Shown here in pieces: positions 39,675 to 49,687 of a stretch of 64,000 nucleotides of DNA (its first letter is position 1; every line of letters begins with the position of its first letter). The translations under genes and the position numbers were made by a program. The notes beneath the pieces are model-generated. The model searched no databases and was not told the DNA's origin. It was given only the letters and a program-made list of their open reading frames with translations. Source of the DNA: Candidatus Obscuribacterales bacterium (GTDB taxonomy: Bacteria; Cyanobacteriota; Vampirovibrionia; Obscuribacterales; Obscuribacteraceae); the NCBI GenBank assembly GCA_965228855.1, contig CBDDIJ010000003.1, positions 1,344,001 to 1,408,000 on the forward strand, written 5' to 3'.

Positions 39675-40214
39675 CTACGACTTGTGGTAAGTGTTTTCGA
39701 CTGAATCTTTGATGTGGCTCAGTCTGCGCTTGATGTCTTTCTTGGTGCCCATCGCTGTCAGCTGTTTGGCAAACGGCACGTGCATCTGGGGTTCAACGTG
39801 TGATGACAGTTTAAGGCGAGTTGCCTTGCCTTCTTGAACCGGCTCCAACTCCCATGCTCCGTCGAATGCCTTGAATTTGTCCGAAGTGAGAATCTGGTAC
39901 TCGATTCGTTGTATCCCGACCTCGATTTCCTTGTAGCGACATACTACATCGCCCAGCACAGGTACGCCCTTGAAATTCTCTTCGAGAACGCACGATGTAG
40001 TATCCGCGGTCACCACTCTTCTGCGAGCCGGCTCCTGATACCGAGACTTCTTTATTGCGTTGAAAACAGCTGTGGGAGTGGCATTTACGACGATTGAGCC
40101 GCTAATGGCGTCGGCGTGCGGTTGAAAATTATCTGCTTCTGCTCGAGACTGACTGATTGCTGTGAGCACCGAGCATAGTACCACTGCAAATTTTACGCGC
40201 GCAAACATCTCCAC
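39675..40214 (-). CDS. SRPBCC/START-like (polyketide cyclase-like) exported protein
   Basis: VNATPTAVF and FKAFDGAWELEP helix-grip pattern. Confidence 0.75.
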   Translation of the reverse strand: MEMFARVKFAVVLCSVLTAISQSRAEADNFQPHADAISGSIVVNATPTAVFNAIKKSRYQEPARRRVVTADTTSCVLEENFKGVPVLGDVVCRYKEIEVGIQRIEYQILTSDKFKAFDGAWELEPVQEGKATRLKLSSHVEPQMHVPFAKQLTAMGTKKDIKRRLSHIKDSVENTYHKS

Positions 40215-40303
40215 GAACCCCGACTGTTAGCCCAACACCGACTCGCTAAAAAAGCTTATTCTGTCTATCTTATGCCCATCTTTCTATAAACCTACACACT
40301 TAA

Positions 40304-40350
40304 CTTGACAAAATTGAAGTTCTTGACAATAACTTTGCTTCAATGTCAAA
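40304..40350. promoter_or_regulatory. Imperfect inverted repeat containing three TTGACA hexamers, between divergent genes
   Basis: CTTGACAAAATTGAAGTTCTTGACAATAACTTTGCTTCAATGTCAAA: TTGACA occurs twice on + and once on -, with TTGAAG/CTTCAA arms. Confidence 0.4.
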
Positions 40351-40422
40351 GTAGAAATTAGAGCGGCCACAAATCGGTTCTTTTCCGCGAGGAGACCGAT
40401 TGTCTCTGTTCCTGCTGCGGAG

Positions 40423-41013
40423 ATGAACGGTATGGTGAAACATCTTCTTTTGCTCCTCGGCATCGCCGATGGCGCCAAGGTGGCTGATATCAAAAAACAC
40501 TATGCGCGTTTGTTGGACCGGCTCAGCAAGCGAGATACATTACCTCAGTCCGTGCATGATGACTTACAGCCGGCACGGCAACGACTGAGCGAATCATACG
40601 AACACTGGAAGAAAATCGGTGCCGTTGATGGCGATTCTGTTTATGATGCTTTGAACACGACGCCCAAACTTGGTCAAGTTTTAGTAGCTTCGGATATTCT
40701 CTCGCTAGGTGAAGTGATCGCAGTTTTGAAACTTCAGGAGGAGGCTCCAGGGCAGCGTTTTGGCGAACTGCTCGTGCAGACCGGTTTTATCACCGTCGAG
40801 GAATTAGATTACTTCTTACAGCTTCAACGTATCATCGAACTTCCTCTCGACCATCCGGAGAGGTGGGGACAGCGCCTGGTAGAGCTAGGTTTGATTTCGC
40901 AAGACCAACTCAAGGTTGCCTTGATCGAGCACCGAAGGGAAGGCAATTCGCTTCGATCTGCGATCATAAATAGAGGTTGGCTGACAAGCGAAGTGCTTGA
41001 CCGAATTTTCTGA
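40423..41013 (+). CDS. Degenerate J-like domain + tandem MshEN-like (c-di-GMP-binding) repeats
   Basis: LLGIADGAKVADIKKHY (no HPD); KLGQVLV..Q, RFGELLVQTGFIT..LQLQ, RWGQRLVELGLISQDQL. Confidence 0.75.
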   Translation: MNGMVKHLLLLLGIADGAKVADIKKHYARLLDRLSKRDTLPQSVHDDLQPARQRLSESYEHWKKIGAVDGDSVYDALNTTPKLGQVLVASDILSLGEVIAVLKLQEEAPGQRFGELLVQTGFITVEELDYFLQLQRIIELPLDHPERWGQRLVELGLISQDQLKVALIEHRREGNSLRSAIINRGWLTSEVLDRIF

Positions 41014-41116
41014 CAGGCATGGATAAGTAAGAATTTCGACGATTGCAAAGTGTTTGCAATGGCGGGCGCTATGGTATGAATTAATTGCCATAGTAAGTAT
41101 AGAGACAGTCGTCACC

Positions 41117-42097
41117 ATGAGTATTTTAAAGCGCCGCGCAGTCAACCTTTTGCTATCTTCAGCGCTGCTATCGGCAGGGGGGGCAGTTGCTGATAATGCC
41201 CTGGCTCAGAGCGCTCCTGCAAAGCCTGTCGAAGCCGCATCAAACTCGGAGACTAAACCGCCGTCAATGCCTGCGGTAAAACCGGCAGAAACAGCTGATG
41301 TGGAGCCGACAGCACAACCGGAGGTGAAAACCGCTCCGGCTGCGCCACCTGCTAAGGGCGGCGATGCCAAACCTGATGGCGATGCTTCTACTCCGCAGGT
41401 ACCGAAGCAGGAAGGTAAGCCAGGAGATGCTGGCATGCCCGGCACCGGTAGTCCGCCGCCCCAGGCGATGGTTCCGAATGGCCCGATGAAGATTGATCCG
41501 ACGCAGGTACCTCAAGGTCCGCCTGGAACACCGCTGAAGGTTCAAGCCAACCTGGACATTCCTCAGGATCCATTTGTAGATAGTCTCTTTGTCGTTTTTA
41601 ACTATCTTTCCCTTGGTGCCATTGCCGGCGCAGTAATTTTTGGTGTTCTCTGGTTTGCCAAACACAGAAAGCGACAGCAAATGATCGCTGCTGGTCTCAT
41701 CCCGGATGAGGAAGAAGATGACGACGATGACGATGATGATGACGAGCCCGTTCTAGTAAAGTCTGCAGACGCGCCTTCTACCGATTCGAAAGTGGAGTCT
41801 CCGGAAGCAGCACCGGTGGCGGTGACACCTGAAGTTAAGGCTGAGCCGGTTCAAGAGGAGCAGAAAACCGCTGTCGTAGACGCTGCTGTATCCGAGTCCT
41901 CTTCCGAAACCGCTTCGGTCGGCGAGGCTTCGGGCAGTGCGAGCGCTGATGCTGCTGAGAGTTCCTCCTCAACTGCCAACGATGATGCGTCAGAAAAAAC
42001 GGAGACTGCGCCCGCTGCCGTCACTCCCGGTGGTGGCACAAGTTCAGGAACCGGCAAATCGGGCAAAGGTAAGAAAAATCGTAAGAAAAAGAGCTGA
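41117..42097 (+). CDS. Single-pass membrane protein with Pro/Ala-rich and acidic disordered regions
   Basis: Signal peptide (RR-containing), TM at LSLGAIAGAVIFGVLWF and a poly-Asp tract. Confidence 0.72.
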   Translation: MSILKRRAVNLLLSSALLSAGGAVADNALAQSAPAKPVEAASNSETKPPSMPAVKPAETADVEPTAQPEVKTAPAAPPAKGGDAKPDGDASTPQVPKQEGKPGDAGMPGTGSPPPQAMVPNGPMKIDPTQVPQGPPGTPLKVQANLDIPQDPFVDSLFVVFNYLSLGAIAGAVIFGVLWFAKHRKRQQMIAAGLIPDEEEDDDDDDDDDEPVLVKSADAPSTDSKVESPEAAPVAVTPEVKAEPVQEEQKTAVVDAAVSESSSETASVGEASGSASADAAESSSSTANDDASEKTETAPAAVTPGGGTSSGTGKSGKGKKNRKKKS

Positions 42098-42104
42098 TGC
42101 GCGT

Positions 42105-42893
42105 ATGGCACGTCGAAGTGCTTCAGCGCTGCTTCTTTGCGGCGTTGCATGCATAGTTTTGTCATCTTGCAGTCCGCGGCAGCTGAATGTCGGCAAAGAA
42201 GAGGCGCCACTACCTATGGTGTCTCAACAGTGGAAGGAACAAAACGTATGGCTTGACCACCAGCAAGATGGTGACTTCTTCCTGTATGTTCAGCGCTTTG
42301 ATCGCGCTGAACAATCGTTTAAAACAGCAATTAAAAAAGCTGAGGATGCGCGTTTTCGAGATGCGCGATTAGCACGCAGCCAGACTGGTCTTGCCCGAGC
42401 TTACTTAAACAGACACGAGTTTGATGACGCTTTGCGTCTGTATACTAAAGCGCTTGAGATTAAGAAAAAAGCTTATGGTGAAAATCATTACGATGTCGCC
42501 GACATCTTAACTGAGCGGGCATATACCAACCTCGCGTTATTTCATACTGAAGACGCTCGCAGTGATATTCAACAAGCCAAGCTGATCTACAGAAACTTGA
42601 AATCGCAGTCACTTCCTGAACTGGATTTTGTTGACGCCGCCCTTGACGTTCAGTCCGGCAATGACCGGGAAGCAGAGACTAAATTCAAGTCTGCGCTGCA
42701 ACAGCTTCTTTCACAGATCAACCTGCATCGCTATCCTCAGCCAACCAAGTCCATGCGAATCGCGCGAGATTGTGGTGATAGATATGTCTCAATTCTCGAG
42801 GCACACGGAAAAAAATCCGAAGCCGATATCTGTCGACGGAATCTAAAACCAATCAGCGAATGGCTAATAATCCTCGGTGAGACTGGTGTTTAG
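42105..42893 (+). CDS. TPR lipoprotein
   Basis: Lipobox LSSC; TPR ALRLYTKALEIKKKAYGENHYDVA. Likely start 42105. Confidence 0.8.
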   Translation: MARRSASALLLCGVACIVLSSCSPRQLNVGKEEAPLPMVSQQWKEQNVWLDHQQDGDFFLYVQRFDRAEQSFKTAIKKAEDARFRDARLARSQTGLARAYLNRHEFDDALRLYTKALEIKKKAYGENHYDVADILTERAYTNLALFHTEDARSDIQQAKLIYRNLKSQSLPELDFVDAALDVQSGNDREAETKFKSALQQLLSQINLHRYPQPTKSMRIARDCGDRYVSILEAHGKKSEADICRRNLKPISEWLIILGETGV

Positions 42894-42902
42894 CCGAGCC
42901 TT

Positions 42903-45900
42903 CTATGACTTCAGCGAAACCGCTACCATTTCACCGTGCATTCCGGGGATAGATGTGATTCGCATCTCTACCGGATCGCCGAATGAACTGGTGATAAACC
43001 TTTTGTCCTGTGGTCTGTCGACGACGGACGGATCTAAACCGGCCATGCTCTTAAGACATAGAATGAGCATCCCTTGAATCTGGGCAGGAAGAATGGTCTC
43101 ATCCAGCAAATCTCCATCAGACATGAAGCGCAGGGCAAGGCCGTCAGCAAGAGGCTCGAAGTGAACATCCGAACAGGGTGAATTCACTGCTTGGGTCAAG
43201 ATCTGGGTTGCCAGGTTTAGAATAGATGGATCCAGATTTAATTTCTCCACTGCGGCTTGAGAAACGGACAGATCCTTTGACGCAGGAGTTGCCTGAGCGG
43301 CTGGTGTTTGAGCTACTACCGCTGCTGGTGCTGCAGGAATTGCTGGTGACTCTTGAACTGCAGGAACCGTTTGCACCACTGGCGGTGATTGGACAGGAGG
43401 CGTCGCTGCGACTGAGGGAGAAGCGGCATTCTGACCTGATTCTGGTAGTGGCTGAGAGGACGGAGCCGCTGGCTGCGGCTCAGGAGATGCCTGAGCAGCC
43501 GACTGATTCTCTAATGCAAGCTCCGACTCGACTATCTCCTCAAGGAAGCTGATCTCGGTTCTGTTTCCCGAAAGATTTGCCAGTTCCACATTGTCTATAA
43601 GGTCATTCGTGACGCTCGAAAGTACATCGTCCAATGCATCAGGTAGCTCAGCCGCGGTATCCGGCATTGAAACGGAAGTATCGACCTCCAATTGGGAGCG
43701 AGCAGGCACAGGCTCAGATGTTCGTGGTGACATCGATGGTGGCGGAAGTGTTTCTTCCAGAGAGGAGATTGTTTTCGACTGCTGATGCTCGACGTCCTCA
43801 TCGAAAGATGAGACAGCCGGCGTCAAGTCTTCTTCGCGCGGCGATGTACCCGATGTCATCGTCTTTGCTGACCTTGATACCACGACCGGTGGCAATTCCG
43901 ATGTCGCATTGGAAAGTGGTGTCAAGTCCTCTTTGTCGAGCGGAAGAACTTCGTCGAAATCAGCTCTGCCTGTGTTCTCGTCTAAATCACCCGATACAGT
44001 AGCGACTTCCTCTCTTTCCGGCATGCCAAAGTCGTCGTCATCGTCCATTATCATGGCTCGAAGTTTTCTCGACTTCGGACTTGCTACAGGTTTGTTAGCA
44101 GGCGGAGTGATGGCTGGCACTTCCTGCGACACTTCCGGAAGGCTTGTGACAGGCTCTGTACCTTCGTGATGCGGCGAATCTTCGAAAGGCGCAGCATGAG
44201 TCACTGACTGCTGCTGCTGTTCCGCGTTGATATGTTCGGATATGGCCCGGTCTTCGTTAACTTGTTCGTCAAGTTTTTCGTGCCGCGGCGGAATGGAAAT
44301 TTCCTCGTCCGGAACTTGTTCGTCCAGTGCTGCAATCAAGGCGGACACTGCGAGTTCAGCATCTTGCTCGTCTGCTGTCTCCGGTTGAGGTGCTGATTCG
44401 GAAACTTCAGGATGGGTCTTATTCAAAGAGTCTTCCAGTGCATCAAACGCTGCGTCCGAGTCATCGAAACGGGATAGAAGATCACGCAGGTGCGGTGCTC
44501 CTTCCGGAATCGGGTGTGAGGCGCTTGCAAATAAGCTATCTTCGTCCATCTCGTCGTCGAAAGAGGCGTGATAAGCAGGCTTGACCGATTCGTCTTCCGC
44601 TGTCGACGAAATCGCTTCTGCCATGCTCGACGATATTTCCTCGGCTTGCGGTTCAGCAGAGAGTGCGTCTTCCGAAGACATGAGCGACTCGGCCGGGACG
44701 AATTGACCTTCTTCAGTCGTGAATGATTCCTCAGCGCTTTCCGATGTGTTCTGATTTCCGAACAGATCTTCGTCGTCTTCATCATCGTCGAATAATGATT
44801 GAAAAGGGCGCTCAATCGCGCTCATCAAAGATTCCGCAGATTCTTGCTCCTCTTCAGCCGGTTCTACCTGCGTACTATCAAAATCCGTCCCTGCCAGAAG
44901 CGATTCCGGCGCGGATTCGAATGTAGGCTCCAAGTCGGTTTGTGAAGTGGAGCCATCGTCGAAGTCCGCCACCGTATTCGGTGCTCCATACTGCGTCTCC
45001 TCAGAAGGTTCTTCAGTCTGAACGGGTTCTGTCCGTTGCCCTGCATCAGAATTGAAAAGGTCGTCTTCGTCCATCTCGTCATCGAACAAAGACCTGAAAG
45101 CTTTTTTGGTTGCCGATTTCTTGGAACTCTCGCCTGTTCTCTCCGGCTCGGTTTCATCGATGGCAGGCTCGCTGCCGAACTCTGACGGTGACTCATCATG
45201 CTCAGAGTCGAGCCCTGTCAGGAGTCCGCCGGAGTAAGAGTCTTCTCCAGTCAGAGAACCGCCGGTATACGAATCGCTTCCGAGTGACTCACTGTTTGCT
45301 GAATCATCAAACGATCTCGCCCCCGAGTCCGAATACGCCGTTTCGCCCACACCCTCAAAGCTTTCAGAGGCGTTCGAATAATCTGCGTCCACACTTTCCG
45401 TGATTGTTTCGGTTGGCTCTGCCGCCGAGGGCTCGGAACTCTCTGAGGCAAAGTCCATGTCATCATCGTCATCATCGAATAACGATTGCATCGACTTCTT
45501 CTTTGGTTTCATTTTCTTAGGCTTGGAGCTCGGAACCCCAGCCTCTTGTAAAATGTGCTCCAGAAGCTGATTGCTCGGCATCGTCTCTTCTTGACTCGGC
45601 GATTCACCGGCTTCGATTTCCGCTGTCAGTTCCGGTCTGGATTTGTGACTCGCCTCAGAGATTTCCTCTTCGGCACCCATACCGTCTTCTTGCGGAAATT
45701 GCGGGTCTTCGCCGACCTGGGCGAACTCTACAGAATCATCGGTGTCGGGCGCAGCAGGCGAAGACAAATCATCGTCACCGAAATCGTCGTCGTCATCATC
45801 GAACAACGAAGTAATTTTCTTCGAGATCGCTTTTTTTGTTTTCTTCTTCGGTTGTTTTACAGTTTCCTGCACCGGTTCGATGTCCGACTCCTTCAACGCC

Positions 45901-46508
45901 GGGAGGCTGTCTGAGCTCTTTCCAAACATCGAATCCAGGTCATCGTCGCTGTCGGATTCGAACAGGTTGCGCATATGCGCCTTCAGTTTCGTCTGCGAGG
46001 CTCTTGGAGATGCTGATGAAAAGTCGTTCTCGTCAGCGCCCTCTTCGTCGAGTTCTTGAACTGTTTCTTCTGGCGCTTCGTATGTGGTGTACATCAGATG
46101 CTCGAAGTCATCTGCGGTGCACACAAGTTTTTTGAAATTGGCACTGCTAAGGTGTTCGCGAATTGCTTCAGCGGCAACCAGGTCGTCAGGGTCAACCATT
46201 GCTACGGTAAATTGGTTCCCTTGCATTGCAACCGGTACGAATCTGAACTGTCTCTCGATTTCTTCCGGCACCAGGCGTACGTATTCACTTTCCGGCGGAG
46301 CGCTGCTGAGGTTGACGAAATTTACGCCATATTGCAGCTCCAGTGCATCCTTGAGCTGTCTTTCCGTGATCAAACCCATATCGGACAACACTACAGTCAG
46401 TCTGGTCCCGGAATTTTGTTGTTGAACTATGGCATCCGAGAGTTGCTCGGGAGAGAGCAAGCCGAGATCAATCAATAATTCGCCTAGTTCGTTATTGCTA
46501 ACTGACAT
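42903..46508 (-). CDS. MshEN/GSPII_N domain + very long acidic linker + PilB/GspE N2-like domain, with no ATPase domain
   Basis: ELGELLIDLGLLSPEQLSDAIVQQ..RLTVVLSDMGLI, VAMVDP; C-terminal SDVHFEP...LKSMAGLD...RPQD...RITSIPGMHGEMVAV then stop. Likely start 46508. Confidence 0.85.
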   Translation of the reverse strand: MSVSNNELGELLIDLGLLSPEQLSDAIVQQQNSGTRLTVVLSDMGLITERQLKDALELQYGVNFVNLSSAPPESEYVRLVPEEIERQFRFVPVAMQGNQFTVAMVDPDDLVAAEAIREHLSSANFKKLVCTADDFEHLMYTTYEAPEETVQELDEEGADENDFSSASPRASQTKLKAHMRNLFESDSDDDLDSMFGKSSDSLPALKESDIEPVQETVKQPKKKTKKAISKKITSLFDDDDDDFGDDDLSSPAAPDTDDSVEFAQVGEDPQFPQEDGMGAEEEISEASHKSRPELTAEIEAGESPSQEETMPSNQLLEHILQEAGVPSSKPKKMKPKKKSMQSLFDDDDDDMDFASESSEPSAAEPTETITESVDADYSNASESFEGVGETAYSDSGARSFDDSANSESLGSDSYTGGSLTGEDSYSGGLLTGLDSEHDESPSEFGSEPAIDETEPERTGESSKKSATKKAFRSLFDDEMDEDDLFNSDAGQRTEPVQTEEPSEETQYGAPNTVADFDDGSTSQTDLEPTFESAPESLLAGTDFDSTQVEPAEEEQESAESLMSAIERPFQSLFDDDEDDEDLFGNQNTSESAEESFTTEEGQFVPAESLMSSEDALSAEPQAEEISSSMAEAISSTAEDESVKPAYHASFDDEMDEDSLFASASHPIPEGAPHLRDLLSRFDDSDAAFDALEDSLNKTHPEVSESAPQPETADEQDAELAVSALIAALDEQVPDEEISIPPRHEKLDEQVNEDRAISEHINAEQQQQSVTHAAPFEDSPHHEGTEPVTSLPEVSQEVPAITPPANKPVASPKSRKLRAMIMDDDDDFGMPEREEVATVSGDLDENTGRADFDEVLPLDKEDLTPLSNATSELPPVVVSRSAKTMTSGTSPREEDLTPAVSSFDEDVEHQQSKTISSLEETLPPPSMSPRTSEPVPARSQLEVDTSVSMPDTAAELPDALDDVLSSVTNDLIDNVELANLSGNRTEISFLEEIVESELALENQSAAQASPEPQPAAPSSQPLPESGQNAASPSVAATPPVQSPPVVQTVPAVQESPAIPAAPAAVVAQTPAAQATPASKDLSVSQAAVEKLNLDPSILNLATQILTQAVNSPCSDVHFEPLADGLALRFMSDGDLLDETILPAQIQGMLILCLKSMAGLDPSVVDRPQDKRFITSSFGDPVEMRITSIPGMHGEMVAVSLKS

Positions 46509-46817
46509 TGTCACTGCACTTTCACTGAACGCCTGTTTCCTGAGCCGGACCAAAACATTGCAAAACAGTCCTGGTGCGGCTTCCACCAGCTGATTTGTGC
46601 CCTACCAGAGTACGCCCTAAACCTGCATGGCAACCTTGTGAAGCCCTAGCCATTGGCGTTTTTACGTTTGCTATCGGCTCTCTTTATAGTAAAGCTCATA
46701 TCAGGCCTGAATTCATAGACTCAGAGAAAACTCGTTAGGTTTCCTGTGATGTTTATTGTTATAAGACATTCGGCTTCGCTCATGTAGAAGGTCTTCACCT
46801 CTCGTCGCTGAGATTCT

Positions 46818-47681
46818 TCATTTGGGCTTCAAAATAATCGAAGGTGCAGGGCTCAGGAGGTCTGTCACGATCTCGCCCATCGTAAAGTGTTCAACAGAAG
46901 TGTAGCTCTTGTTGTTTACAAGCGTTTTATCCGATTTGAAACCGTTGAGAATTTTTGTTCCGGTCTGCGAGTCGATCAGCCGGAGCAAAACAGCTGAGTA
47001 AATCTTGCCAGCTGGACTGCCATTCTCCACCATAAAGAGCAGATCTTCGCGATTCTGCGCTCCTTCCTTAGCTGCCGCAACAAATGCATCCGAGAATTCC
47101 GATGAACCGCCTTTGGAATTGTCGTAAATTTGCGGAGCTTGAATCAACTTCTTGAGCGGTGCAGACAATCGCGCTTCATGCTCGAGATATGCTGTTGATT
47201 TCGTGTTGCTTTGCTCAGGAGCCGGTTTTGGCGCAGTCGTTTCTTCGATACTGGTATCGATAAGCTGGCGTTTGAACTGGAGCGGTTTGTTTTGACTCTC
47301 AGTTGTCGGTTTTGAAGAAGCCGATTGTGAGCTGCTTTTCAGATCTTCGGAATCCATATCGTTGTCACCGGAATCCGCGCTCTCTGCATCAGCGTCTGCG
47401 CTTACCTTTGCAATCAAAGAACGCGAGGTTGAACTGAGTTCTGCCAATGTCTTACTGGAGCAGGCTGGTGTGCATACCGAAATTGCTACCAGCAAAGTGC
47501 TCGATAGCATTACCGCCTTTCTTATAAGAAGTCGAGGGCGACACCAAATGGCATCGCCGCTCATGAACTTTTGATTTTCAGACGCTTTCATCAAGCTAGT
47601 TAACGCCCAGCAGTTCCACTTCGAAAACGAGCGTTGCACCCGGAGGAATAAGACCGCCAGCGCCTCTAGAACCATAACCAA
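46818..47681 (-). CDS. Hypothetical, probably exported protein or lipoprotein
   Basis: ORF downstream of the FKBP gene. The true start is probably internal, about 47563 or later; hydrophobic leader with Cys. Confidence 0.6.
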   Translation of the reverse strand: MVMVLEALAVLFLRVQRSFSKWNCWALTSLMKASENQKFMSGDAIWCRPRLLIRKAVMLSSTLLVAISVCTPACSSKTLAELSSTSRSLIAKVSADADAESADSGDNDMDSEDLKSSSQSASSKPTTESQNKPLQFKRQLIDTSIEETTAPKPAPEQSNTKSTAYLEHEARLSAPLKKLIQAPQIYDNSKGGSSEFSDAFVAAAKEGAQNREDLLFMVENGSPAGKIYSAVLLRLIDSQTGTKILNGFKSDKTLVNNKSYTSVEHFTMGEIVTDLLSPAPSIILKPK

Positions 47682-48279
47682 GTTCAGCCGGGATGATCAA
47701 TTTGCGTTTTCCACCAATTTTCATAGTGGCTACACCTTCGTCCCAGCCTTTGATTACTTGTCCTTGACCGATGATGAATTGGAAAGGACGACCGCGATCT
47801 ACCGAGCTGTCGAACTTTGTGCCGTCGGTGAGCCAGCCGGTGTAGTGAACCGTGACTTGCTGTCCAGGCTGCGGGCTTGCGCCGTTGCCAACTGTGAGTT
47901 CTTCAAATTGCAATCCGCTCGGGGTTGTTACTGCGCTCATTTTTTTCTCCTGGTTTTTGCTATCAACTTGGTTGAATAGACTGTTCTTTTCCGGTCCACC
48001 TGCAGCGGTTGTCGCGCCGGTGGTTGACGCTCCAGGCACCGGCGTAGTTGCGGCGCTGGTCGTCGTGTCGGTTGCCGCGCCTGTGCCGGAGGCACCTTGA
48101 GGGGCTGCGCCTTGCTGCTGGGGCGACGTCACATTCGATGTTTGACTGCTTTCGCCGCCCTGCTGCGAACAACCTGGCAAGGATATCATTAAGGAAATGA
48201 ATGTGCCAGACAAAATCGCCACTCGTGACAACTTCGCGCGATTGGCACCGCTGGCTTTTTCAGAGGTCTTGAAATTCAT
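47596..48279 (-). CDS. FKBP-type peptidyl-prolyl cis-trans isomerase (lipoprotein)
   Basis: [48 protein letters not shown]. Confidence 0.97.
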   Translation of the reverse strand: MNFKTSEKASGANRAKLSRVAILSGTFISLMISLPGCSQQGGESSQTSNVTSPQQQGAAPQGASGTGAATDTTTSAATTPVPGASTTGATTAAGGPEKNSLFNQVDSKNQEKKMSAVTTPSGLQFEELTVGNGASPQPGQQVTVHYTGWLTDGTKFDSSVDRGRPFQFIIGQGQVIKGWDEGVATMKIGGKRKLIIPAELGYGSRGAGGLIPPGATLVFEVELLGVN

Positions 48280-48334
48280 AAAAACACCGTTCTGTTCTGT
48301 ACCCTCGACAAGTTCAACATGATAGCCTAACCCG

Positions 48335-48985
48335 ATGACCAGTCGCAGAAAAATTGATTCAATTGCAATACTTGCTCAAGAATTAGTGGAGCGAAAACAG
48401 CAGCAGTTGCCACAAAGTCGCTTCCTTCTTGGAATCACTGGTCCGCCTGGCGCGGGCAAAAGTACGCTGGCAGTTGAGTTACAATCCGAACTCTCTCGGC
48501 TGTCTGTCTCATCTGCAGTAGTGCCGATGGACGGATACCATCTGGATAATGAAACGCTTCTTTCAATGGGCATTCTACATTTGAAAGGTGTCGAAAAGAG
48601 TTTTGACGGCGAAGGTTTTGTGAAATTGCTCAAGCGCCTAAAAGAAGATGTCGATTCGGATGTAGCGTATCCGACTTTCGAGAGAAGCACTGAAAGTACT
48701 GTTGCCAACGGAGGTTCGGTATCGTCGTCTGAGCAACTCGTGATAGTCGAAGGCAATTATTTACTGAGCGATCACGCGCCATGGCACCAGATACGGTGCT
48801 TACTCGATTGGGTGTGGTATTTAGACGTGCCTGAGGAAATTCTCTTGCCTCGTCTTCTTGCGCGACATATGGAAGGAGGCAAGAACCGCGAGCAGTCCAT
48901 GGAAAAGGTGAACTCAACCGACCTTCCGAACGCACAACATGTTGCAATGACTAAACTCAATGCCGATCTTCTGTTACAGCTCTAG
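48335..48985 (+). CDS. P-loop nucleoside/pantothenate kinase-like protein (YggC/FrcK family)
   Basis: [27 protein letters not shown]. Confidence 0.88.
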   Translation: MTSRRKIDSIAILAQELVERKQQQLPQSRFLLGITGPPGAGKSTLAVELQSELSRLSVSSAVVPMDGYHLDNETLLSMGILHLKGVEKSFDGEGFVKLLKRLKEDVDSDVAYPTFERSTESTVANGGSVSSSEQLVIVEGNYLLSDHAPWHQIRCLLDWVWYLDVPEEILLPRLLARHMEGGKNREQSMEKVNSTDLPNAQHVAMTKLNADLLLQL

Positions 48986-49016
48986 TTTTTGCTGACATAC
49001 CGTTCGGGTTAGCTGA

Positions 49017-49646
49017 TTAACCAAGAGCGTCTTTCAGTGAGACTTTTGCTGCCAAATGCTTTCTTGCCGAGTCCAAAACCGCAAGCTCTTCTTTTAATCG
49101 CGCTTCTGTTCCGCTCATTTCGAGAAGCTCTTGCTGGTCGTCGGGTGAACCGTAGAAATTTGCCGCAACCCAGTACGAGAGTTCAACCGGGTCTTCCGGA
49201 ATGGTGCCTTGAATTTCGAATTCCTTGTCTACTAGTTTCGACGATAGTCGCAAAATCTCTTTTAAAACAGACGCAATGTCTTTTACGAGGACATCAGCTT
49301 TTTCACTTGCTCCGTTATCCTCCAGATACTCTATGGTCGCAATGATGTAGGGCTGTTCCTGTATGACGTCCACAATCTTAAAGCGACGCTCACCCATCGT
49401 CATCAGATTCATGCGACCGTCGTCGAATTTTTTGACATCGCTAATCATGGCTGTGCATCCGGTTTCTGCAACGGACGTAGATTCTCCATCCCAGAACACA
49501 ACTCCGAAAGGTGCTTGCTCGTCGAGAACCTTGCCAATCATCAATTTATACCGGTCTTCGAATATATGAAGCGGCAGCTCAGCTCCCGGAAAGAGAACTA
49601 CGGGCAGCGGGAACAGCGGCAGTGTGTTTCCGTTCGATTGCGACAT
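49017..49646 (-). CDS. Stand-alone LON peptidase N-terminal substrate-binding domain protein
   Basis: LPLFPLPVVLFPG..LPLHIFEDRY, DGRMNL..GERRF, QQELLE. Confidence 0.92.
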   Translation of the reverse strand: MSQSNGNTLPLFPLPVVLFPGAELPLHIFEDRYKLMIGKVLDEQAPFGVVFWDGESTSVAETGCTAMISDVKKFDDGRMNLMTMGERRFKIVDVIQEQPYIIATIEYLEDNGASEKADVLVKDIASVLKEILRLSSKLVDKEFEIQGTIPEDPVELSYWVAANFYGSPDDQQELLEMSGTEARLKEELAVLDSARKHLAAKVSLKDALG

Positions 49647-49687
49647 TTAATGCTCAGTGTTCCTCCTTAACCGCCTATTTTGCCTCA

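Noticed and set aside
41707..41746. GAT/GAC trinucleotide run as a contingency repeat
   Set aside because: Mixed synonymous codons encode a poly-Asp/Glu tract, so it is not a pure slippage repeat.
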